This document shows positions 1-12,339 of a stretch of DNA of 64,000 nt, piece after piece. The stretch lies in NCBI GenBank assembly GCA_029953675.1, contig JAMWBK010000003.1, forward strand, positions 2,108,001 to 2,172,000. Reading direction: 5' to 3'. A program made the position numbers and the translations under genes. A model generated the notes under the pieces. The model was given only the letters and a program-made list of their open reading frames with translations. It had not been told where the DNA came from and ran no database searches. Origin of the DNA: Rhodosorus marinus CCMP1338 (Eukaryota; Plantae; Rhodophyta). The stretch's first letter is position 1; every line of letters starts with the position of its first letter.

Positions 1-2
1 TC

Positions 3-2913
3 ATGATGGAAGGGATCAAGAGCGGTCCAATCGCTAATCTGAAGAACTTGACGTGGATCAACGTCCAGCCTCCAAGGTAGGATAAGAGTTCACCCCCGGG
101 ATCGCCCTGTTCATGGAAGTGCTTTGCTGGTACCATAGTGTGGGTGGAAACAAATCAAAAGGAAACTGAGTGGATATCTGAAAACGGTGTTTTGTTGTCG
201 TAAAAATTGAAATCGCGCTCTGTCGAACTCGGCGCGAAAGGCTAAAGGATCGCCTCCTACTAGTACATCTATGGCGAATGAGCGACGTCCGGACGATGGA
301 TGTAATGACGCGATTGGAGAAGGTGATATTTGGGATGAAAAAGGAGCTCAGCGGGGCTGTTGCAACTCTATCTGTTCACTGCGCAAAGTTCGACTCCGAG
401 CGAATCCCTCCGTTCATTCAGGAAGCCGCGGAAGAAATGAGATGGCGACACAGCGTCGCGTCGGATACAGATCTCAGCTTGTGGAAAAGCATTGGCGCGG
501 AGGTCTGGCCAACCGTTCTGATCCTATCACCAAACGACCACAGAGTTTTAGTCGCCCTCACAGGTATCGTAGCCAAATCTCCCCGCAACTCAGATTCATT
601 GGCATTGCTTGAGACCGACGAAACCGCTGCCTATTGTCGTGCTTCCTCGTTTTCCAGGAGACATGATTGGAAGATTAGAAGAATGCCTCTACGCGTCTCT
701 GAGCTTGTACAAAAAAGCGCAGCTCCAGACTTCCTCGTTTCCTCTTCCTAAAGTTATGAAACCCGGCATGACCTGGGATTCTCCTCTTCTGAGATATCCG
801 AGCAGAATCGCTATGGATGCGAAAGGTGGTAAGGAGCTTCCCCGCGCAAGGTGTCACGCTGTCTGGTCAACGTTTATCTTCGGCCCTAGCTGGATAAGCG
901 CGTGCCAACGTCGCCAAGGTCTTAGCCTTCTGCAGCTTGGAAATATTTGTGTATCAAGGGTTTCCTTGCTTCTTTCAGGTCCCCACAACTAGAGCCGATT
1001 CGTCGACACTTAGCTCCGCTTGGTTCTCTTCGCAGCTTTGCTGATCGATACGTGTGTTTTGTTGTGTTTTTTCGGTTGCACACAGGACGGTTGTTTATCT
1101 CGGATTCCGGCAACAGTAGGATTCTTGTAACGACGCTGGAGGGGAGATTTTTGATGCAGATCGGAGGCGCAGCCAGGACTGATCCAATGGACGCTGAGGT
1201 TGCTCAGCATGTTCTGTATTCTGAAGGGGAGAATGAGGGTTACCGAGACGGTTCCTTTCAGGATGCGCTCTTTAAAAACCCGCAGGTAAGCCTCGATACC
1301 TTGCACGGTTGTCTAGATGACCAACGGGGTCGAAAGTTTGTAGTGCAGATTTGTGCAAGAATCGGTATTTACTTAGTATTCTCTCGTTTCGCTGCGGACA
1401 GGGAATTGCTTTCAACGCTCTAAAGAATGAACTAGCGGTTGCGGACACTGGCAACAACTGTCTGCGGATAGCAAACCTTGAGGAACGATCGGTTCGATCC
1501 GTCAACTTTGTATCGTCGATTAAAGATGGTATGCGCGGGCAGACTACCTCCGAATTTGTTCATGTCTGCTACTGTGTTCACTGATCCTCATAGTTTATTT
1601 CTCTGATCGGAAGCTGGAGAAGTTGCAAAAGAACTAACAACAAAAAGAATGGCTTCCCCAAAACCGTGGGACGTAAGCGTATCGTCTGGAAATGTGTACA
1701 TTAGCTTAGCAGGCTCCAACACGGTACGTGAACTTTTAATCCCGGGCTGGTACGACGGCACCGCCGTGACCTCGTCTTGGACAAGGTTCAGAGCACCCAG
1801 AATCTTTGGTGCAGTCGATGAAAAGGCAAAGTTTCCTCAGTGCTTTCTTTTACTAACAGAGCTTGCTCTACTGAATTAGATATGGAGACTTGATCCCTTC
1901 GGAGATATGGTTCACTTCTGTGGGAGGACTGGAGTTGCGGGAAGAGTGGATGTTGAGAGTGGATACGGCGGGGTAAGCTCGTTGTGCTTACAAACTGGAA
2001 CCCGCGAGGTACAGACGTTTGACCATCTTTGTTGCTTTTTGTGCTTTCACCAGGCCCTGTTCGCGAGCCCAAGCGGATTGTGCGCCACGCAGTCTTCGCT
2101 GTTCGTCGTAGACAGCGACTCGAGTACGGTGAGGGAGATAGGCCTGGGCGAGAAGTCGGTCCGCACTGTTGTCGGTGGGGACTCGATTTTTCTCGGAAAC
2201 TTGAGCGCGTAAGTATAGTTCATCTGTTTTCCTCTTGCGGCGGAGCTGCAACCGTGGAGGCTGAAAAAGAGCGCGCTGTGGGATTCTTATCGGCTTGCTA
2301 GGTTTGGTGATAGGGACGGTTTCGGCTCAGGTGCGAGACTTCAGATGCCCATGGGGATCTGCTCAACTCCAGAGGACAAGCTGCTAGTTGCTGACTCGTA
2401 CAACAACAAAATTCGATCGGTCGTTCCTGCTGAGAACGAGTGCAGAGAGTTCTCTGGGACCGGAATAACTGGGTAAGAGCATAGCAAAGCAGATGAGGCT
2501 GTCGAAACTAGTACTTGAGTCCCACCTCGCTCTAAAAGTCCAGTCCCGCTACCTTTTTGAATGCAAAACGTAGGTATAGGGATGGTCCGAAGGAGGTCAG
2601 TGAAACGAGTTACCTTCTGAAGCTTGAAAACGACCCTCGGCAGAGCATCCCGGCCCTCATGAGTTAGCCAGCGCCGCTGACGGCGTGTTGTGTTTTTCTT
2701 ACGTTCTGTTTTCAACCATAGGTGGCGAGGTTTTTCTGTCCTACGGACGTTGTATATAGTGACAAGCTCAAGAAGGCTTACGTGACGGACAAGAATAACC
2801 ACCAAATCAGAGTGATCGACGGCATTACGGGGGACGTCTCAACGCTAAGATTTTTCGGGTTTCCAGATTTTGGAGAAGCGGCAGACCCTCCGTCGACGAC
2901 GGCGCCCTCGTGA
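3..2913 (+). CDS. NHLRC2: NHL-repeat protein with N-terminal thioredoxin-like domain (NHLRC2/SOQ1-like); multi-exon, 5' end may lie upstream of the window
   Basis: Spliced reading gives NLTWINVQPPRLKDRLLLVHLWRMSD...VHCAKFDSE...LWKSIGAEVWPTVLILSP (Trx-like). NHL repeats follow: LRYPSRIAMD..GRLFISDSGNSRI, LFKNPQGIAF..LAVADTGNN, LFASPSGL, RLQMPMGI..VADSYNNKIR, ARFFCPTDV..VTDKNNHQIR. Example introns are 77-240 and 829-1085. Confidence 0.88.
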
Positions 2914-3041
2914 TTCGGGACCCCTTTAATTTTTTTTGTCTCCGCACGGGTGACTGCGGATAGTTCCTCCCCATCGATTCATTTCTCAGTCGTTCTTTTA
3001 GACTAGTTTCAGTGCGACTGGAGAAAAATCTTATTTTTTTG

Positions 3042-4983
3042 ATGAGACGTGTCCCGCATTGGTTCATTCCAGCCGGGATCTTGAGCGCAATACGACCAGA
3101 AGAATCCTCCCATCACCTCCAAGGACTCTTCCACTTTAGTTCCTCGGTACGACTCCATCCCAGGAAAGGAGTGAGACGGAGCAGGACTAGCATAAGAGTT
3201 CCAATAGTGCACGCGTCACACTGCCGAGACGATCCATCGTGAATCGAATACTTCATTCTTCAGAATGAGCTAGAAACTTCAGTGCTTATCGCTCCGGTGA
3301 AGCTCCTGTCTCCGTGTGAAACGTCGAGAATACAATATGGTCTTAAGAATCCTCAACTACGCTATCTTGATCATCGCGAACTCCCTTACCCGAAACCCGC
3401 ACGTCGACTTTAGATCCCACAAAGCGCGTGAGATCAGAAGCTATGAGCTGAGGGCCATCGGTTCGGACTTGATAGGGAGGAGAGTTGAACGTACTTGAGG
3501 ACAAGCTCTTCATCATGTTACGACGGATGATCCCTTTTGGTGGTCGATGGTATGGGACACTCATTGAAGGAAAGCCTGCTGTTGCTAACAAAATTTACCC
3601 GGAATTGGCACCACCCTCGCTCGGTACGTTGAGGACTATCGGTTGTTTGCCTTTTACGGATGATTGAATTTTTCTTCCCACGGTACCCCATGCATCTGGT
3701 TTTAATGTTTGCTTTCTGACGTCTACCGCCCGGACTTTTTCGTGATCTTAGGCGGTCTACCTGGAAAGAAGCTCGATCGCCTTCTGGCGAGGTGCGGGGT
3801 GGACGTGATATGGCCCCTCTTCGAGGAAAAAATTTCGTCCGAGGACATCACAGCCAAACACTGCTTAAAAATGCTACGCGTTAGCCGACCACACATGGCA
3901 GAGAAGCTGATCAAAGAGCTCGAAGCCCGTGGGGCCTGCGACCTCTACGCCTACAACCTCTTCCTCAGGCAACTCTCCAAAGGGGACGCGCCAGTTGGCC
4001 CGGGAGAGACCGAAACACCCGCGGACGCCGGCAATCTGAAACTGCTCCTAACGTACGCTAGTGAAATGAAGCAGAAAGGTCTGTCTCCCGATAGTATAAC
4101 CTACGGCATCCTCATTGATCACCTTCATCGCATCGGACGTAAGAAACAAGCCAAAGTAAGCAAAGCCCTGCGAACATACGCGACAAAATACCGGACAGCC
4201 TGTCCAAAACTGCAGGAAATTGTTTTGTCCTCTATGAAGAGAGACAAGCTGTCCTGAAATTTTCGGAGGGACAAGAACTTTGTATCTGACTGAAATTGAA
4301 CCGACTTGGATTTGGTCTTTGCGGCGCAGATGGTGGTCAGGAAGATGTTCAAGAGGACGGAGTGCATTCATGCAGAGACGTATTTAATGCTTGCCAGGAG
4401 ATCGTTTGAGAGTGGACGGGATGGTCGTATGGAGAAGCTGATTGCTGCCATGCTGGCGGTGGGAGTTGGGGAGAAGCGGTTGGAGGAGGCCTTTGAGTTG
4501 CTAGCGGAGTCTCGGCTTCGACGTGGTCTGACTGCGGAGGCTGCGATGGCGATGAAGAGACTGCGGACGCTGAATGATGGGAAGGTTACGAACCGGATGA
4601 CAGAGATGATGATCAAACACTACCTGGACGCTGGTCAGGTCGGGGAGGCCCTAGGAGTGTATCACAGGGCTCAGATCTGCGGTACCGAGCCGGAGGAGGG
4701 TGTGTATGCCATGCTTCTACCCGTGGTCGAAAAACACGGAAATAAGTTGCTGCATTGGGAGATAGAGTCCTCGTACAGGTGGAACGTGCTAGAAGAAGGT
4801 GTTTTCGAAGAGCAGGAACGCCAAGCGAAGAAGAAGGCGCGTTTGATACGAGATCTTAAGTACACAGGCCCGAAAAGCTTGTACAGACAGATCCGGTACG
4901 TGGAACCGGTAGAGGCCGACGATGACTTTGAGGACACCCTTGAAAATGATGCCTCGGAACCCGCGGGTTCCATTGAGGCGTGA
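3042..4983 (+). CDS. Pentatricopeptide-repeat (PPR) protein, multi-exon; start and 5' exons uncertain
   Basis: PPR-like helices DLYAYNLFLRQL, EMKQKGLSPDSITYGILIDHL and MIKHYLDAGQVGEALGVYHRAQICGTEPEEGVYAMLL in ORFs 3709-4257 and 4306-4983. A donor GTAAGC follows KQAK. Confidence 0.75.
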
Positions 4984-6691
4984 TTCGTGGACACACACAA
5001 CACCGCAAGAGCAAGGAAAACTTGTAGAACTCAACGTCCTAAGCTCCTGCTACTTGTATATAAATGGACCTCCAAAAACACCAAGCAACCTTTCGTTCCA
5101 TATCCACCCAGCAAAGAATCCAACTTGCAGGGGTTGATGCTACCAGAGAATGCGAGAAGCTCTTAATCTATCTGCCAATGTGCTCGTAATCCTGTGACAT
5201 CCTCCTGATCCGGGTAAACGACCTCGCCATGGACCAACCATGCCCACTCCTCAACCGCCCTCACACACGCAACGCAAACGACATTCAAGCAAACGCCACA
5301 TCATCCATGCGCAATCAATTCTTAACATTACCCGAAGCCGTGCTCCACCGCCACAGATCCAGAACGCCTCTCCACCTCCCCCCTTCTCAGTCACCGCCCC
5401 CACCACGCATATCCTCGTCGGAAATCAACCATCCATTTTGCAAAGCATCCAAGCCCATGGCCACAACGGATATCGAAAGAAAAAAAAATCCCCGTCCCTC
5501 GAATTCCGCCCTCTTTCCACTACACGAACAAAGAAGCAATTAAAATTCCAAAACACATTCCCAACTACACCCGCGACGGTGGACCGCCGCCCTTCTGAAA
5601 ACTCTTTCCCCACCGCGAAAAAATAGGCTCCTGTTTTTTTACTTAACGCTATTCAGCGGCTTTTCCATCCCCACACTGCTGCTTCCAAAAAAAAAGAAAC
5701 ACCCCTGCGGAATGTCTTCTACCTCACCAAACGTACCCTACACTATTTAAACAATAACCATATTATTTATACTATATAGTTCCTGAATTAGTTTTAAAAA
5801 TTGATTATCTTTATTCAAAAACGATCTAAATATTGCTTGTAAGCAGGAGGAAAAGGCTTAGGTTCTTTTCTGCGTGTTCTCGCCCGACGTCCTAAAAAAA
5901 AATAACAAAAATGTAAATTACAGCCTGTGTAGTGTTTTTGTTGACTGAATATCAATCAAATAAATTAGGGCGATGGAAATTTTTTTTTGTTTTTGGCTCT
6001 TTTTTTGAGGGGGCCAACGAATTTTTTCTTTTTCGGATTACTATGAGAAGAAAAAGCGAGGACCAGGTGATTTTTTTCAAATTTCCGTTGAAAAATAGAA
6101 TAAACGTTCCATTATTTCTGTCTGCAGTAATTATCTAGGCGACGATTGGGTTTAATAGTTATTGTAAATATTTAGTTTTTGAAGTAATATGGTTAATTTG
6201 CATTTTGAAGAATCTCTTGGAGATGTTTTGATTGGTATATTGATCTGATATCATGGCCAATTACGTAACGGAATATCAAGCAGTAAAATTGATTTTAACC
6301 AATGGAAGTAATGTATAGGAAGGATTTGTATGGGAATATCGATATTTCTTTTGTTTTATTATTCTTTGATCGACAATCCTGTGCTGGGGGATTTGTATTC
6401 TCTTATTACCATCGAAGAGCAACCTCTTCTGGATTTGGTTTTTTGCAGGGTTTAATTCTTCGATTAATTAAGCGTTGGAGGGTTGGAGGTTTGGGGGGGG
6501 GGGGGATGGGCTTATCGATGGTTATTAAAGCGGCGGAATAGAATTTCCTCTGTGTGTGGGAAGGGTTGGAGTAGTGGGGAGCGAAAGGAGGGTTGTAAAG
6601 GTTTTTATTGTTATTTTTTTTATTGAGGTGGGAGATCTTGTTGGTTTGGGAGTGAATTTTTTTGAGGAAGGTGTTGCTTAGTGTTGGGAAG

Positions 6692-7087
6692 ATGGTGGAT
6701 GGGCTGTGTATTAACTGTCGAACGACGAGTACGCCGATGTGGCGAGCTGGGCCGGCTGGGCCCAAGTCGCTTTGCAACGCGTGTGGGTTGAGGTGGAAGA
6801 AGGGAGTGCTCAAGCTAGATGAGTCTGGAGATAGGAACTCTGTGAGCAGCACCGAGTCTTCGAAGAGGAAGGAGGCCGCAGCGAAGGCGAAGAGAAGTGG
6901 GATCCCGTCTACAAAGGTGGCTACTGGAAGAGTGGCTAAGAAGGTTCGCACGGGCTCATCTGAGAGGGTATACTCGCGGATTCCTGCGGAGGTCAAGCCG
7001 AAGAAAGTGTATGTAGATTTCGACAGATACGAGTGCATTTTCGCAGGTTTGATGGTGGTCAACAAGTTTAAACATCAAATGGTCTGA
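6692..7087 (+). CDS. GATA zinc-finger transcription factor (C-X2-C-X18-C-X2-C, plant type), single exon
   Basis: [32 protein letters not shown]. First ATG is at 6692; the ORF track starts at an upstream TTG. Confidence 0.95.
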   Translation: MVDGLCINCRTTSTPMWRAGPAGPKSLCNACGLRWKKGVLKLDESGDRNSVSSTESSKRKEAAAKAKRSGIPSTKVATGRVAKKVRTGSSERVYSRIPAEVKPKKVYVDFDRYECIFAGLMVVNKFKHQMV

Positions 7088-9559
7088 ATCTGAAGGCACG
7101 GCTTCACCTGCCCGTGGAGGCTAAGCGAAAGGGACGCATCAGCATGGAGACCTTTTGCTTGTGTATGATATAAGATATCTATCTATATATAAGGACATTA
7201 TCTATAGTGATTATTTATAGATCAAGGCCAACGAGTCCGTAAGCCATACAGATCGTATTTATGACCATCACGATCTTTTTTACAAGTTTATTCCCACAAC
7301 CAATACTCAATAAACCAAAGCCATTTATTCGAACCCCCGCATCATCATTCAACATCTTCACTCACCGAGGTCTCACCACAGATCCCGAAAGAGCAGCCTC
7401 CTGCCCGCTAGAGATGAGGAATGCAAAGGTCCAAACAGGCAGCTCAAAGAAACACAAATGTGAAAACAGAAAAATCTACGAAAATCTCAAAAACCCCGCA
7501 GGAACATTATCCCAAAGAGCCCCCACATGACATTTCATGCTCCTTTACCATTCACCCGAGATCTCATGAAATCCCAGCAAACCGTGCTCAGCATGCGCGC
7601 CATCATCATCCAACCAAAACAATAAGGTTCGAGATCGATTTTTTTCAATGCAAACCTAACCCCTTCCCTCTCAAAAGTTCATCTCCCCAAGCTCTAAACT
7701 CCAATTTTCCTGAAATTCAGAAAAATTCCATTCCATCCCATCTTACAAAGGATTTCCCATCAATATAGATACATACAAGTTATATCCCCTTTACCTAAAT
7801 GCTTGAAATAAAATACTTTCTATTTATTACCATAATACCTAAACTATCAGCAAGAACGAAAAGTCATCTCCCCCCCCTAGCAGATAGACTTTCTCTGGAA
7901 AGAGACACCTGTCCATATCAATCTGGGACGATTTTTAATAAGTTTTTCTATTTGAATATCTCCAGAAAATAACAAAAACTTAACGGCATGAAATTTGTTT
8001 TGTTCGTTCTGGTGGAGATCAAAAATTCAAAGTTTTGTCCTGGCCATAGATTTTGTTGCAACATTGGTCGTAAATATTTCTTCGGAAAACGAAACAAAAT
8101 CTATTAGCTTTTTGGGGACATTTAAAACGTTTCAGCAAAAAAAACTTGTCGGAGAAATACGCTGGGGTGGTTTGGGGTTGTGATTTTTCTTCCGTTTTTT
8201 AGGATTGCCTACGTGGGGTGAGAAAGACGGTTAAGAAATCGCATGGAGTTTTGCGGGGAATTCTCATGGAAGTGGTGAGAGTCGTGGAATGGTTGTGTGG
8301 GGAGGAGAAGCGGGATGTCATTGCCTTTCATGATTCTCTCCCAGATTTATTTTTGTTGGAGGATGTGGTCATGATGGGGCGATTAGCAAGCGACTAGATC
8401 ATGACCACTCCGATGAGTGATGGTTCATCATCGGATGAACGCGTTATTGTGGGCTCTACTTGCAGCTCGTGACTGCTTGCTTTTCTCCCAAACTCTGGGG
8501 ATGGAAGCGGCACACTTTTGAAAAACAGAGCGCGCACCATCATGTGCATGTGCCTTCGGAGATTGTGGTTCGAGCACGTGGATCTCATTGCTCCCTGTTA
8601 TGACTCGCCAGGCAACATCTCACTGGATTCCAAAGCTGCACGCTGGATGTCAAAGGATTCGGTCATCCTCTCCAGTACTTTTACTTGGGACGACATGAGC
8701 TGGGCAACTCCGGTCAGCATGCCGTCTGTATACCCAACCGCCTATGGACTGAAGCAGATCTGATCCAGTCTGCAATTGGAAGCTCTTCTAAACAGGTCCC
8801 ATTTGGAGATACCAGCCGGATCTTCAAGTGCTCACCATCTCAAAGAAAAAGAGTAGCCATCCCTGCCACTATTCAACCGCAACAAGCCAAAGCCCACGCA
8901 AAAAAATTTCCGCGTATATCTATTCCCCATCCAAACGTCACCTCCAACAAAATATAAGAGATAAACCCTCGGCAGCAGCACTCTAATCCTTACACTACAT
9001 GTTCCTCCAAAAACCAAACCCCCTCTTACCCACAAGCTTCATACAACTGCTTTGAAAACGTTCCGAAATGCCCCAGCTCCTCCCCCCATTACCCGCCGCC
9101 TCCTCTTTCCCGAATTCTGAGAACCAGGACAATGCTTCCACTCCTATTCCTTTCAATCAATTAAACTTGAAAATCCAACCAGCCCCCTTTCTCCAATTCC
9201 ATATCCCAGCCTTCCAAAAAGTAAACAAAAACATATCTGAGATTTTTTCTGAATAATTTCTTACGCTGAACAATAAGCACTAACCAATCATCGTCATGAG
9301 AAAATGTCGCCCTCTCTTCGTGTACCTCGAACATGATATCATTTCGTGTAATATTTTAAGAGTCGAAATACTGAGGGAACAGCCTTTTATAAGATTAATT
9401 GTACCATATTTCATTGTATTAATTTTATATGATTGGCTTATAAGAATAATAATATTGAGTTTTTGGATCGTTGCAGGATAATAGGCTTTTGATTGGTTAC
9501 AATGAGTAGAAAAGTATCTGTATTGGAGATACAGAATCAAAATGATTTGGGACAAACTG

Positions 9560-11122
9560 GGACTTGCAAATTGGTGGTGGCTTGTACTGGGAAGGGGACG
9601 TTGGATTACCTGCGTTTCTTCAAGCAGCGACTTACCCAATAGATTGTGAAGGGATATGAAAGGCGGCAGGTCTGTTTTTTTGACGCGTTGTTTTGTAAGA
9701 AAGGTTTGGAACTCCCTGTTTGAATTTTGCATTATCCCCTGATGGCACAGATCCTGAACCGAATCTACGTGCTGTTTCATATGGCCTTTGGTCAGTGGTT
9801 CCGATGTATCATCAAGGGGTTGTAGAGAATCAATTAAGTCAGTTTGGCTCTGTCGGAACTAGTCACTGCGTTCATGCGCTACTACTCTGGTTTCACGTGA
9901 AGCACGCAACTTAGGTAAACCCCAGGGCGACCCGGGAGAGACGGGTAACTAGAACATTTACGGACCAATGTTGCTCGACGGTGGGGAAGCTTAGTGAATG
10001 GAGTAAGGTACCCATTGAGACCGGATAAGACGGAAGCATTGTATCCTTCAGGATTAGTGCATTCCTCCGTTTGCGAGAAGCTTTTGTAGAACCGTACTCG
10101 ATGTTCCTGATTCGACTTTCGTTCTCTGTTGCGGGGTTGCCCACGGTATACTCTATTCGAAAGTTGCCCGTCCTGAGCCCGTGGAACTGGTCAATCGTGT
10201 GCATGAGCACACCCCATCCCCATAGCGTTGATCCTTTCGAATGCTAGAACGCAAAAATTGTGGACCACTTGAGCAGTCCCTCTCGGTCATGGCTCGCTCC
10301 CACCCTTTCTCTCAACTCATGCCCCCAACCGGACAGTCGACCCTATGAAACTTGAAATAGGACCACTGTTTGTGGCGACAGGAAACAGAACTTCCCCTTC
10401 ATCTGCTTCCGACTGAACCAATTACAATTTCAAAAAAAGTCGAAAGGGAAATTTTGCTCCCACCACCCCCGAATTTCGTAAGAACACAGTGGACACCTTC
10501 GATGCAAGAAACGAACTAGCCTTGCAGACCTGGTCCACAAGCGCTACTGATCTCAAAGAAGTGCTTGTGCGTTTTGTACATGTCAAGCTTGTTCTTTGAG
10601 CGAACTTGCTTTGTACCGTCAACACCATCGTGATGTCCGTTAAGCTAGTAGAAAACCAGCTTCTTGGAGGGAAAAGTACCTGAGAAGCTTGATACTTCAA
10701 AGAATCGCAAAAAAGACAAAAGCCCGCAGGCGTTGAGACCTGCATTGGCGTTTTCTGAAGCACACTTTCCTTCCTAAAGTACATCAGAAGCGCTCATAAG
10801 CTCTCCATCGTTGATCTGATGAAATCTATTGTGAAATTCCTCCACGCGCTTCAGGAAGAGCTTCTATACTCATCTCCACGACCATGGAACGTTCGCTATG
10901 GAAAAGCTTCATCATCTTCAGAGCAGTCGCTGTATGCGGGATAGTGGCGATCTTTGGGAAATGAGCTCTTTCATCGGGAACAGATTTCGTAGGGTCTTTT
11001 CTGAAGCAACCATCGGTTGCATTAGAAAAACACACCTGTGGCAAGAAAGAGGACCATTTCAGAAGCTCTCCATCTTTTTGATGTCAGCATTAAGCTATGG
11101 ATCTCCAACCAGTCAAGAGTAG
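9560..11122 (+). mobile_element. Probable decayed DNA transposase relic (CMC: CACTA/Plavaka-like), many stops and frameshifts
   Basis: Fragments TDLKEVLVRFVHVKLVL (~10530-10597) and EKLHHLQSSRCMRDSGDLWEMSSF (~10901-10972) resemble C-terminal CMC-family motifs (L..RF...K.VF; K.H.L.H....IR..G.L...S.F..E). No intact ORF and no TIRs found. Confidence 0.35.
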
Positions 11123-11669
11123 CTTCTAATCCCCATCTCGGCAACAGCCGGGGAAACCTCTTGCCTTCAAGCACGCTTTGTCTGACACCTCGACACTCGG
11201 CCATTCATCATGAACAATCACGGTCGACATTCAGAGCAATAGCTCTTGAACAAGCTCCATCGGGACCTTCATCGTCATCTTCAGCATAGGTTTCTTCCCT
11301 CTCGAGACAAAGTGAGACTCTCCACAAGAGCCGAAACAGTCTTCAAAAACTTTTCACAAATCAGCTTTCATCCTCCTCGCGACTCTTTAATCACTTGGGA
11401 AGCAGCTCGTAGAAGCGCTGGAGTTTGGGAGGCTGAGAGCCGCCACAGAAGGATTTTCTTCGAACAGTTCAGAAATTTCTTGCGTCCTAGCCCTTGTGGA
11501 GAGCAGCAGAAGGCTCATCGGAGATGTTGTGCTCGCCTACACGATTGACCAGTGTCTCATGCGCTCACGAAGGGGAAGCTTTCGAAAAGAGTAGCCCGAC
11601 CGATACCCGTCAGCAAGGAGCGGAATTCAAAAAAAGGTCCTTAGGATCTCCGTCGCAGCCCCAGGACTC

Positions 11670-12125
11670 AAACAAGCATATACACTTCGAGAAGAGACCA
11701 TCAGGGCGGCTTAAGGTAAACACTCACGCAACCAACCACCAGCAGCGCTATCTGAGAATTCTGAAGGGACGCCTACTAAGGGCACAAAACGGAATGTGCT
11801 TCATCTTCAATCGCACTTCAAGAACGTCTTCATCGTCCTTAAGCATTTTGTCAGGGCGGGCTTCCTCAACAGGTTTAGTCGGAGGCTAAAGTCGGCAGAG
11901 AGCGAGCGGTCGAACAAACGTACACATGGAGAACAGAGCATCAGGGCGGTCAAGGTAAAACATTCACGCAGCCAAGCACCACCCGCGCTACCTGAGAATT
12001 CCGAAGACCCCTTTGACTAAGGGCACAAACTGGAGCGTGCTTCACCTTCAATGATACTTCGAGAAAGGTCTTCATCGTCCTTAAAAGTTGGGAGATTTGG
12101 TCAGGCCGAGCTCCTCAACAGCGAA
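11670..12125. repeat. Diverged direct repeat, two units with 240-nt period
   Basis: TCAGGGCGGCTTAAGGTAAA at 11701 vs TCAGGGCGGTCAAGGTAAA at 11941. Shared blocks CTGAGAATTC, GACTAAGGGCACAAA-like, GTCTTCATCGTCCTTAA and CTCAACAG recur at about the same offset. Confidence 0.85.
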
Positions 12126-12339
12126 TGTATTGTTATGATGTCTTTCATCAGCTGGTCAATGTGGGTGGAGGGGGAGGGAGGAGGATGGGATGGGATGGAT
12201 AGCTAGAAGAAGTCAAATTGAGTGACGTGACGAGGAGATGATGCTGAGGATAGGTTCAATGAGAGTTAGAATCTAGGTTTTCCTGGACTTTTTTGTTGGG
12301 GGGAGGGGGGGGGGGAGGAGGGGTAGTTTCGAAGAGGAT

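Noticed and set aside
5100-5650. Short ORFs on both strands after the first PPR gene
   Set aside because: Low-complexity, composition-driven ORFs with no domain.
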